From positions 122,572-154,571 of the forward strand of contig JAEOUO010000002.1 in assembly GCA_016839265.1 (NCBI GenBank): 32,000 nt of DNA. Reading direction: 5' to 3'. Below are positions 18,835 to 27,126 of the stretch, piece after piece. Both the position numbers and the translations under genes were made by a program. The stretch comes from Candidatus Odinarchaeota archaeon (GTDB lineage: Archaea; Asgardarchaeota; Odinarchaeia; Odinarchaeales; Odinarchaeaceae). How positions within the stretch are numbered: position 1 is the stretch's first letter; every line of letters begins with the position of its first letter. The notes beneath the pieces were generated by a model that was not told the origin of the DNA, did not search any database, and was given only the letters and a program-made list of their open reading frames with translations.

Positions 18835-19440
18835 TTGGCAACTAATAAAATCACAGAGAAAAAGATTCCTGTGCGCGGGGTTAACTGCGCTAAATGTAGA
18901 TTAGACATTGAGAATATTCTAGGCAAGGTTACAGGTGTAGAAGACGCTAAAATGGATTATATGAGCGGCGTAGTTTCCGTTAAATACGATTACACTCGTG
19001 TAGATTTACCTGAAATAGAGAAAATACTCGAAAACTTAGGTTATAATGTCGCTTACAAAGACTATGAAAGCGGTTTAACCAAGCTTAAAGGATTATTTAA
19101 AAAGAAGAAATCTTTGAGAAAAATCGACGATCACACCTTTCCAGGTCTCGTTTTAGAAACACTGAAACCAGTTATCCTACTAGTTTACAAAGGTGACTGC
19201 GATGAATGCGAGCGTCTAGAAGCTGCTTTAACTAAATTAGCTGTAGAATTCAAAGATAGAGTCTACTTCTATAAAGCTGACTGCAATCTATCCTCTATTT
19301 GCAGCCGATATAATATCAATCAAACACCTGTAATATTACTCATTCAAAACGGAGTTCTAAAGCAATCTCTACCCCCATCCGCGTTAGATGAAGAAATCAG
19401 AAAACATGTTATCGATGTACTGAAATCCACTTCACTTTAA
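18835..19440 (+). CDS. HMA (CopZ-like) domain fused to a thioredoxin-fold domain
   Basis: N-terminal VRGVNCAKC...IENILGKVTGVEDAKMDY (HMA); C-terminal YKGDCDEC...VYFYKAD...YNINQTPVI (Trx CxxC and cis-Pro motif). Confidence 0.8.
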   Translation: MATNKITEKKIPVRGVNCAKCRLDIENILGKVTGVEDAKMDYMSGVVSVKYDYTRVDLPEIEKILENLGYNVAYKDYESGLTKLKGLFKKKKSLRKIDDHTFPGLVLETLKPVILLVYKGDCDECERLEAALTKLAVEFKDRVYFYKADCNLSSICSRYNINQTPVILLIQNGVLKQSLPPSALDEEIRKHVIDVLKSTSL

Positions 19441-19644
19441 ATATAAAATCTCGATAAGGCTCATATTATTCGCTGCGAAAAACGTTTAAATATAAAATTT
19501 TACGCTAAGCTGACGATATTTAATATTACCTTGAATAATTTATGAGCTGCTGCTAAAATTTTCACTTTAGTGCACGATGGCTTAAACTAGATGCTGTATA
19601 TCTGGTGAAATTCTTCTCTCTAACAGTTAAAGCTTCCGCCAGTC

Positions 19645-20169
19645 TTATGTTTTATCTTTTTTAAGTTTCTCTAATTCGTTTCGAGCTGTTTTCAACAATT
19701 CTATGGCTGTTTCGAGTCTTTCCTCCATTACTTGATGATTGTTCTCAATGTATTCTATTAACTCCGAGGCGGTTTTAGCGTTTTCAGACTGCTTGGCTTG
19801 TTTAATCAACTGGTTTATTCGCTCACATATTCGGAGGGCTTCATTAAGCTTGGCTTCCGATTCTTTTAAAAATAGGTTTTTCATCTCCGCTGGTAGTTCT
19901 CGATCGCAAAGCGCTTTTATAGAGATCATATGCTCGGCGGCTTCTTTAAACGCTTTACGGCGGAGAGCGTTTATTTCCTGGTATAATTGTAGGAGGTCGC
20001 TGAGTTTTCTATCATGTTCGATAAACCTGTTGAGCATGCGTTCTATGATTTGGATTTTCTCCTCGTTGCTCTCCGCTTCCTTCTCCTGGGGGTCGCTGAA
20101 GCCTAATCTTAGAAAACTATACATTAAATTCACGTATTCGCAGGCTAGTCTTCTCTCCTCCTCTCCCAT
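19645..20169 (-). CDS. Hypothetical helical-bundle protein, 174 aa
   Basis: ATG at 20169 with GGTGG RBS 5 nt upstream (the track's GTG 20178 lies inside the RBS); strongly amphipathic; divergent from copA. Confidence 0.7.
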   Translation of the reverse strand: MGEEERRLACEYVNLMYSFLRLGFSDPQEKEAESNEEKIQIIERMLNRFIEHDRKLSDLLQLYQEINALRRKAFKEAAEHMISIKALCDRELPAEMKNLFLKESEAKLNEALRICERINQLIKQAKQSENAKTASELIEYIENNHQVMEERLETAIELLKTARNELEKLKKDKT

Positions 20170-20412
20170 GAAAGCCACCGTAACAATTTATGTAGCAGTA
20201 CTATAATATAAGTGAATAAAGAATATAAGAATTACCGGCTATATTAAACATCTTACTTGTAGTTTATTGTCGGATATTGTAACCACTGTTATACATTGGT
20301 TCCGCTTGTAAGCTGTCTCTTATTAAATCTGGCTAAACTGGTATAGCTATTATTGTTTTCTATGAGGGTTTTTTAATAATGGTGGTGGTCTGCTCTGCGT
20401 CTTTTAGTTAAC

Positions 20413-20435
20413 TTTATATTTCATAACATTGTTAT
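20413..20435 (+). promoter_or_regulatory. Putative copA TATA box plus palindromic operator (probably a leaderless transcript)
   Basis: TTTATA at 20413-20418, about 25 nt before ATG 20443; perfect inverted repeat ATAACA-T-TGTTAT at 20423-20435. Confidence 0.45.
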
Positions 20436-20442
20436 ACTATTC

Positions 20443-22548
20443 ATGGTTCGAGACCCTGTCTGCGGCATGGAAGTAGACCCTGAGAAAACACCTTTCAAAA
20501 CACAGGTTAACGGTAGAACATACTATTTTTGCAGTGAAACATGCCTTCGCATCTTCGAATCACCTGAAAGAGAGCTTAAATCAATGCGTAAAAGAATGAG
20601 TGTAGCGATAACCGGCGCTGTATTTTTAGCTGTTCTCAGAGCTGCAGCTTTTCTAGTTTTAGCTGCTGGTGTGACTTTTTTCACATGGGCGCCTATTAGC
20701 TTACTCCCATGGTTAAACTACGGGGTTATTTTATTTATTATTACAACGCCGATTCAGTTTATCGGCGGCTGGACCTTCTATAAGGGAGCGGTTAAAGCGA
20801 TAAAAAACCGTGTCGCGAACATGGATTTACTGATAACTGTCGGAACTTTAACCGCTTACATATACAGTTCAATCGTTATATTCGCTCCCGGAATTCTCCC
20901 GTTCACTCCTAAAGATGTTTATTTTGATGTAGCAGCTATTATCATCGCTTTTGTGCTGTTAGGTAAATACTTAGAGGAGTCTATTAAAAAACGCAGCTCA
21001 GCTACTATACGTAAATTAATGGATTTATCTCCTACCATGGCCAGGGTTATTCGAAACGGTGAAGAGAAAACTATTCCCGCTTCTAATATTCAACTAAATG
21101 AGTTAATTATTGTATCGCCTGGTGAGAAAATACCGGCTGACGGGGTGATAGTTGAAGGCTCCTCGTCTATAGATGAGAAGATGATCACCGGGGAGAGTGT
21201 GCCTGTTGATAAAACAGTCGGTGACCCTGTGATCGGGGCTACAGTTAACTTGACTAGTTTTCTTAAAATTAAAGCAACTAAGGTAGGGGCTGAAACAACT
21301 TTAAACCAGATTATTCGTATGGTTGAAGAAGCTCAAGCCTCTACAGCTCCTATTCAGAGGATAGCTGATAAGGTTGCAGCTAGATTTGTTCCAAGCGTTA
21401 TTTTAGCAGCTGTCATCTCCCTTCTCACCTGGACCTTTCTCTTAGACAATTATAGTTTAGGGTTACTGTCTTTTATCGCTGTTATGATCATCGCCTGCCC
21501 GTGTGCTTTAGGAATCGCTACACCCACCGCTCTAATAGTGGGTGTAGGTAAAGGAGCTGAAACCGGTATTCTAATTCGTGGCGCTGAATACTTGGAGGCT
21601 GCGCAAAGCCTTACAACAATTGTTTTCGATAAAACCGGTACTTTAACTAAAGGTGAACCTTCAGTTACTGATGTAATAGTTTTTAATAGTTCTGAAAAAG
21701 ATATTCTCTTATTAGCTACTATAGCTGAGAAACACTCTCAGCATCCTTTATCTAAAGCTGTTCACCGGAAGGCATCAGAATATTTTAAAAATATCCCTGA
21801 CCCGGTTGAATTCAAATATATTCCAGGAGCAGGTAACATGGCGGTTTACGATTCTAAGAAGATTTTAAGCGGTGGTCGACGACTGCTATCCGAGTTTAAT
21901 ATTTTAATCTCTTCAGATGTTGAACAGGCTTTAACTAGACTTGAAGAGCAGGGTAAAACTGTTTCAATTATATGCGTAGATGACGCTGTTAAAGGTTTAA
22001 TCGCGTTCTCTGATGAGCTTAAACCTTACGCTTTAGAAGCTGTAAACCAGCTTAAACAAATAGGTTTAGAGACATATATTTTAAGCGGGGATAATGAGCG
22101 TACTGTTAGATATATCGCTTCTAAACTCGGGGTTGACGGTTATAAAGCGAATATTCCTCCTTGGGAGAAAGCTAATGTTATTAAAAAACTTCAGTCTGAA
22201 GGTAAAATTGTAGCGATGGTCGGTGACGGAATAAATGATGCTCCTTCACTAGCTCAAGCGAATATCGGTATCGCTTTAGGAAGCGGCTCTGATATCGCTA
22301 AGGAAACCGGAGGCATTATTCTAGTTAAAGATGATCTGAGAGATGTTGTTAAAGCTATTAAGTTAAGTAGGAAAACGATGAAAACGATTAAACAGAATCT
22401 TTTCTGGGCGTTCATCTATAATGTTATCGGTATACCTGTAGCTGCGTTAGGTTTATTGAACCCGATTTTCGCTGCTGCAGTTATGTCTTTCAGTTCTCTC
22501 TTCGTGGTAAGTAACTCTGCTAGACTTAAAAAATATCGTTTAGAATAA
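20443..22548 (+). CDS. copA: Cu(I)-exporting P1B-type ATPase with N-terminal YHS/TRASH domain
   Basis: DPVCGM...YYFCSETC (TRASH), [26 protein letters not shown] and MSFSS motifs of the P1B-1 subclass. Confidence 0.93.
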   Translation: MVRDPVCGMEVDPEKTPFKTQVNGRTYYFCSETCLRIFESPERELKSMRKRMSVAITGAVFLAVLRAAAFLVLAAGVTFFTWAPISLLPWLNYGVILFIITTPIQFIGGWTFYKGAVKAIKNRVANMDLLITVGTLTAYIYSSIVIFAPGILPFTPKDVYFDVAAIIIAFVLLGKYLEESIKKRSSATIRKLMDLSPTMARVIRNGEEKTIPASNIQLNELIIVSPGEKIPADGVIVEGSSSIDEKMITGESVPVDKTVGDPVIGATVNLTSFLKIKATKVGAETTLNQIIRMVEEAQASTAPIQRIADKVAARFVPSVILAAVISLLTWTFLLDNYSLGLLSFIAVMIIACPCALGIATPTALIVGVGKGAETGILIRGAEYLEAAQSLTTIVFDKTGTLTKGEPSVTDVIVFNSSEKDILLLATIAEKHSQHPLSKAVHRKASEYFKNIPDPVEFKYIPGAGNMAVYDSKKILSGGRRLLSEFNILISSDVEQALTRLEEQGKTVSIICVDDAVKGLIAFSDELKPYALEAVNQLKQIGLETYILSGDNERTVRYIASKLGVDGYKANIPPWEKANVIKKLQSEGKIVAMVGDGINDAPSLAQANIGIALGSGSDIAKETGGIILVKDDLRDVVKAIKLSRKTMKTIKQNLFWAFIYNVIGIPVAALGLLNPIFAAAVMSFSSLFVVSNSARLKKYRLE

Positions 22549-22599
22549 TCTTAAAAAATTTTATTAAAAACCAGCTTCAACATTTACTAGGTGATTAAT

Positions 22600-23643
22600 A
22601 TGTTCACTGACGATGAGTTGGAGCGATACTCTAGGCAGCTTGTTTTACCGAATATCGGTCGAGAAGGTCAGATTAAACTTAAAAACAGCCGTGTCTGCAT
22701 TATCGGAGTAGGTGGTTTAGGTTGGCTTACTGCTCTTCAACTAGGCGCGATGGGTGTCGGTTATCTTAAACTAGTAGACAGGGATATCGTGGAGCTTTCA
22801 AACTTGCAAAGACAGCTTATCTTTGAAGTGGATGATATAAACAAGTCTAAAGCTGAAGCGGCTGCTAGACGGATTAAACACGTTAACCCTAATATTCACG
22901 TTGAACCGGTTATGGTTTCAATCTCACTAGAGAATATTCACGATATTATAGAAAACATGGATGTAGTGGTGGATTGTCTTGACAATTTTAAAGCTCGAAT
23001 GATATTAAACTACGCTTGCGTTAAAGCTAATACGCCTTTAGTTTACTCTTCCGCGATAAAATTATACGGTGCTGTTCACACAGTTTTACCGAACCAGTCC
23101 GCCTGCTTAGAATGCTTGTACGGTGATGTTGAAACTCTTGAAGCTGAAAGCTGCGCTGAAGCCGGTGTTCTCCCAACTGTTTTAGGCGTCACATCCAGTA
23201 TTGCATCCCAAGAGGTTTTAAATATTCTTTTAAAAAATAAACCCTCTCTCGCCGAATCTATGCTTATAATAGATTTAGAAAGCTATCAATTTGATAGAAT
23301 AGTTTTAGAACGGAACCCGAACTGTCGAATCTGCGGTGTAAACCGCGTGGATTTAAAACCTACAGGGGAGATACCTGTTGAAAGACTTTGCGCAGACGGA
23401 TCGTTCATGATCTCGCCTTTTAAACCTGTTAAACTCGATCTTAAAAAACTTGAAGCTCAACTTAAACCAAAATATAATATTCAAAAAACGACACCTATAT
23501 TCATTGAATTCTATTACACTCCTAAAATCACTGTTACAGTTGTTAGAAGCGGTGGAATCTTGTTTAAAGGAATAGAAACCGAGGATGAAGCTAGAAGAAT
23601 CTACTCGGAGATTCAGCCTTTAATAAACGCTTCTAAGAGCTGA
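22600..23643 (+). CDS. ThiF/MoeB/E1-like adenylyltransferase with a C-terminal extension
   Basis: RYSRQ, GVGGLG, DRDIVELSNLQRQ, two CxxC Zn pairs (CLEC, CRIC), catalytic-position Cys in ESCAEAGVL; AGGTGA RBS supports ATG 22600. Confidence 0.9.
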   Translation: MFTDDELERYSRQLVLPNIGREGQIKLKNSRVCIIGVGGLGWLTALQLGAMGVGYLKLVDRDIVELSNLQRQLIFEVDDINKSKAEAAARRIKHVNPNIHVEPVMVSISLENIHDIIENMDVVVDCLDNFKARMILNYACVKANTPLVYSSAIKLYGAVHTVLPNQSACLECLYGDVETLEAESCAEAGVLPTVLGVTSSIASQEVLNILLKNKPSLAESMLIIDLESYQFDRIVLERNPNCRICGVNRVDLKPTGEIPVERLCADGSFMISPFKPVKLDLKKLEAQLKPKYNIQKTTPIFIEFYYTPKITVTVVRSGGILFKGIETEDEARRIYSEIQPLINASKS

Positions 23644-25063
23644 AAGCCGCTGTAAGCTGGTTATAAAAACTTCTACTAGACTTTAAATTCGAGGTTACCA
23701 GTTTCAACCTGTATATGCTTCTTAAAGTTCTAAACACTTCTTTAACTATAAACTCTTTCCGTAAAGCAAACTCCTTGTAATATTTTAATATAAGCTTGTT
23801 AAGTGTTTTCTCTGGTACACAACCCGGGTGAAGTGAAGCTACATTCGGCGCTGTCTCCCAGTTTTCCTCCACGTTAATATACCCTTGCGCAGCTAAATCA
23901 TCATATATTTTCGCCCCTGGAATCGCTGCTAAAATATTAAACTGGGGGAAATCTATATCAAGTTTCTGCGCGAATTTTAACGTGTTCGCGACCTCTCTAA
24001 CTGTTTCACCGGGGGCTCCTACTATAAACGTGGCTGTTATAATATCGATTCCAACTCGCCTAGCTTTTTCAACAGCATCCACCGCCTGCTCAACTCGTGT
24101 CCCCTTCCTATAATAATCTAATATTCTCTGGTTTCCACTCTCCACCCCGTAATATATGATTTTACACCCTGCATCCGCCATCATCTTCAACATATCAAAG
24201 TAACCTGAATCCACACGCCCTTCAGCTATCCAGTTTAAATCAACTTTTCTCTTCCTCATACCTTTACATAACTGGATAACTCTTTTCCGATTCACAGTGA
24301 AATTATCATCAGTAAACAAAACGTTCCGGTAACCTAAGCTTTCAATCTCCTCCAACTCATCTAAAACATTCTCCACGCTTCTCATATTTATTCTCCGCTT
24401 CGTGAAGGCAGCGCAACTGCAGTAAGTGCAATTATAAGGGCAGCCGCGTGATGTTAAAATAAACGTGAACTTCGGCATCTTCATCCCTGAAATATATCCA
24501 TAATCATTATCTAAAATCCGTCTTCTATCAGGGAAAGGCAGCTCATCCAGATTCTTCACACCGCGCTCAGCAGCCCCATACTTCACAACCCCTCTCTCCC
24601 TGTAAATAATACCCGGAACCTCTCTAATATCACTGACCTGTTCACCCTTCCTCACAGCTTCAACGAAAACCGGTAAACTAATCTCCCCCTCCCCTCTAAT
24701 TACGTAATCTATAAATGAGTATTTCCCTAATACACGGTGACCGTTAATAGTCGCATGATACCCTCCGAAAACAATCCGTAGATTCGGATTCCACTCCTTC
24801 AACTTAGCAGCCTGCCTAGCCGCTACAACCCCGTTCGCTGTAAGCGTGGAGAACCCCACAATATCTGGATTAAACCTTTTAACTTTCTCTATTAAAGCGG
24901 AATCCGTCAACCACTCCCCGGCTTGATCCACTACTTGAACCTCAATCCCTTCTCTATCTAAAACACTAGCTAAATATAATACTCCTAAAGGCGGCCCCGC
25001 AGCCCGGGAATCATAAGCTTGACCGAACTCATGCACAACAGGATTAACTAAGCTAACCTTCAT
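23633..25063 (-). CDS. Cobalamin-binding radical SAM protein (BchE/class B type)
   Basis: PPLGVLYLA, GGYHAT, IRGEGE (B12-binding domain), SRGCPYNCTYC, YGVESG; 11-nt convergent overlap with the ThiF gene. Confidence 0.92.
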   Translation of the reverse strand: MKVSLVNPVVHEFGQAYDSRAAGPPLGVLYLASVLDREGIEVQVVDQAGEWLTDSALIEKVKRFNPDIVGFSTLTANGVVAARQAAKLKEWNPNLRIVFGGYHATINGHRVLGKYSFIDYVIRGEGEISLPVFVEAVRKGEQVSDIREVPGIIYRERGVVKYGAAERGVKNLDELPFPDRRRILDNDYGYISGMKMPKFTFILTSRGCPYNCTYCSCAAFTKRRINMRSVENVLDELEEIESLGYRNVLFTDDNFTVNRKRVIQLCKGMRKRKVDLNWIAEGRVDSGYFDMLKMMADAGCKIIYYGVESGNQRILDYYRKGTRVEQAVDAVEKARRVGIDIITATFIVGAPGETVREVANTLKFAQKLDIDFPQFNILAAIPGAKIYDDLAAQGYINVEENWETAPNVASLHPGCVPEKTLNKLILKYYKEFALRKEFIVKEVFRTLRSIYRLKLVTSNLKSSRSFYNQLTAAFSS

Positions 25064-25159
25064 ACCCGAACCTCTTAAAAAATGAAAACCTATAAAAACC
25101 TAAAAAAATATTATCTAAAACTATTTAAAACAATTACTAAAAGCACAGGGGAATAACCA

Positions 25160-25372
25160 ATGCAAGTTCGAACTGTTTGCAACAGATGCGGTAAAAACAT
25201 TTACTTAAACATTGAACCAGAACATTTAAACGAGGAGAAAGGCGGAATATTCCGCGCAGCTACTCAACACACCTGTAACGGTACACCTAGAATCCTCCTC
25301 CTATTCATAGATCAAAACCTATCCGTTAGAGGAGTAGAAAACGCCCCCCTAGTCACCTCCGAGGAAAAATAA
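25160..25372 (+). CDS. Small putative zinc-binding protein, 70 aa
   Basis: CNRC ... HTC ... LFIDQNLSVRGVE; divergent from the radical SAM gene; GGGGA RBS-like sequence upstream. Confidence 0.7.
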   Translation: MQVRTVCNRCGKNIYLNIEPEHLNEEKGGIFRAATQHTCNGTPRILLLFIDQNLSVRGVENAPLVTSEEK

Positions 25373-25447
25373 AACACCACGCCTCTCTGCTTTCACAAGC
25401 ATCAGACAACATCACTTATATTATCAAACTATAAAGTATAAAATAAG

Positions 25448-25975
25448 ATGTATATGATCCGTAGATGTGTCGAAAACGATTTTGAAGCCATTTATAACGT
25501 TATTAATGACGCTGCTAAAGCCTATAAAAATATAATCCCCTCCACCTGTTACAGTGAACCATACATGTCTAGGGAAAAACTGAGGCGTGAAATTGAAAGC
25601 GGCGTAATCTTCTACGCATATGAATTAAACAGTGAAGTACTAGCTGTGATGGGTCTTCAACACGTTGAAAACATATCTCTCATAAGACATGCCTATGTTC
25701 GAACAGATCATCAAAGACAAGGATTAGGCGGCAAACTCTTAGCATATCTTTTAAAACAGACCAGTAAACCTATATTAGTAGGAACCTGGCTGAAAGCCAC
25801 TTGGGCGATCAACTTCTACCTGAAACACGGATTCACCCAACTACCAGTAGGAGAAAAAAAAAACAAGCTTTTAAAAAACTACTGGGAGATTCTGGAAATT
25901 CAAATCGAAAACTCCACAGTTCTCGCAGATCAAAAATGGCTCAACGAGAAGAATAAAAATAAACATAACCTGTAA
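25448..25975 (+). CDS. GNAT-family N-acetyltransferase
   Basis: Acetyl-CoA motif A YVRTDHQRQGLGGKLL; AINFYLKHGF. Confidence 0.9.
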   Translation: MYMIRRCVENDFEAIYNVINDAAKAYKNIIPSTCYSEPYMSREKLRREIESGVIFYAYELNSEVLAVMGLQHVENISLIRHAYVRTDHQRQGLGGKLLAYLLKQTSKPILVGTWLKATWAINFYLKHGFTQLPVGEKKNKLLKNYWEILEIQIENSTVLADQKWLNEKNKNKHNL

Positions 25976-26080
25976 ATTATCAAAACACGTAAATATTAAA
26001 ATCACTTGTAAACGGCTTACCGTCAACTAAAAAGAATACGCTAACATACTCACAGTCTAAAAAATAATCTTTTCTTTAAC

Positions 26081-26422
26081 TTATCTTAAACACTTTAACC
26101 CATCATATACTATTTTACCGTCTTCGAGCATTTTTTTAATCACAGGGGTCTCTAACTCTTCAGGGGTGACGATGACAGCGTCAGCTGGAAGCTCCCCAGG
26201 TTTCAATTGATATACAACCTGATGGTCTCCGCTTGTTTTCTCTCTTAAAATAACTAACACGTCAAAATCACTCGACTCCCTGTTATCACCCCTCCCTCTG
26301 CTACCGAATAAAATAATCGACACCTCTCCATTATATTCCTTTATCACTCTCTCCGTGAACTCTTCAAACATTCTCTGATAATCTAGTACACGCCGCCTTC
26401 TATAAGCGAAAATATCTGTCAA
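26081..26422 (-). CDS. Minimal nucleotidyltransferase (MNT antitoxin)
   Basis: IILFGSRGRGDNRESSDFDVLVI; the TTG start overlaps the HEPN TGA stop (TTGA). Confidence 0.9.
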   Translation of the reverse strand: MTDIFAYRRRRVLDYQRMFEEFTERVIKEYNGEVSIILFGSRGRGDNRESSDFDVLVILREKTSGDHQVVYQLKPGELPADAVIVTPEELETPVIKKMLEDGKIVYDGLKCLR

Positions 26423-26790
26423 AGCTTTTCAACCCAGTTAATGATTTTTTTACACATCTCCAAACAGTTTTCAGCAAGACTTTTATCATAATTTACCCCT
26501 TTACTCCCAGGATACCTGCTCTCAATATAATGAGGGGTTAAAAACTGAGCTGCAAACAAGATATCCTTAGGCAAATCAACGGATAAACACATACACAACT
26601 CGTTTAATAAAACTGCAAGATCATGTGTAAACGTGAAAGCCCCGCATCTATCTAATAATTTACCTTTCAAAAAAAACTCAGCCGCTTGATGAGCGTTAAA
26701 ACAAGTAAACCAATATTTCCCTCTACTAAACCCGCTTTCAGACTCCTCTAAAAACTCTCTACCCTTCCTAAGCCAACCACCTGAACTCAT
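26419..26790 (-). CDS. HEPN-domain protein (toxin partner of MNT)
   Basis: CFNAHQAAEFFLKG, THDL..L and HYIESRYPG motifs; ATG 26790 is preferred over the track start at 26808. Confidence 0.88.
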   Translation of the reverse strand: MSSGGWLRKGREFLEESESGFSRGKYWFTCFNAHQAAEFFLKGKLLDRCGAFTFTHDLAVLLNELCMCLSVDLPKDILFAAQFLTPHYIESRYPGSKGVNYDKSLAENCLEMCKKIINWVEKL

Positions 26791-26795
26791 ATAAA

Positions 26796-26960
26796 TCACT
26801 TTAAACAAGTAACTATAATAAATTCACCAACACCACCATATAAACCCTCAACCTCACCTTCCACACCGCTTCCGCTGTACGGAGACCCCGCCGGCTCAGC
26901 TCTAATAAACCTGTAAAAAAACGCCAGATAAGCGCACGCCAGCCGCTTCTCCTCCACCAT
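26796..26960 (-). pseudogene. 54-codon ORF (absent from the ORF track): truncated paralog of the 19645-20169 gene
   Basis: Translates MVEEKRLACAYLAFFYRFIR..., matching MGEEERRLACEYVNLMYSFLR (10/18 identical over EE..FLR); same GGTGG RBS spacing and homologous upstream DNA; the remainder is Gly-rich and unrelated. Confidence 0.6.
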
Positions 26961-27126
26961 CAAAACCACCGTTACAGTTATGTACGATTATTTGCGAAAA
27001 CACCAATCTTTTATTTATTTTTTGGGATATAACATTTACTTACTTGTGAGGCTGGCTTAATAAGCCCCCGCTTGCAGGTAACTATTCTCCTAAAGTTTTC
27101 AACGCTTAAATATCTTTTACTTTACC

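Noticed and set aside
19500-19644. Minus-strand fragment RLAEALTVREKNFTRYTASSLSHRALK as a possible HEPN remnant
   Set aside because: Similarity is too weak, there is no start codon and stops intervene; it would need a TBLASTN/HMM hit.
19739-20206. 155-aa + strand ORF
   Set aside because: Ser/Leu/Phe-rich mirror of the Glu/Lys-rich minus-strand gene, which has the RBS and a paralogous N-terminus.
26872-26882. CCGCTGTACGG shared with a spacer (31429-31439); possible self-targeting
   Set aside because: Only 11 nt match and the flanks differ; compatible with chance.
26850-26960. GC-rich intergenic stretch as a possible tRNA or ncRNA
   Set aside because: No cloverleaf or T-loop consensus; better explained by the 54-codon paralog remnant.
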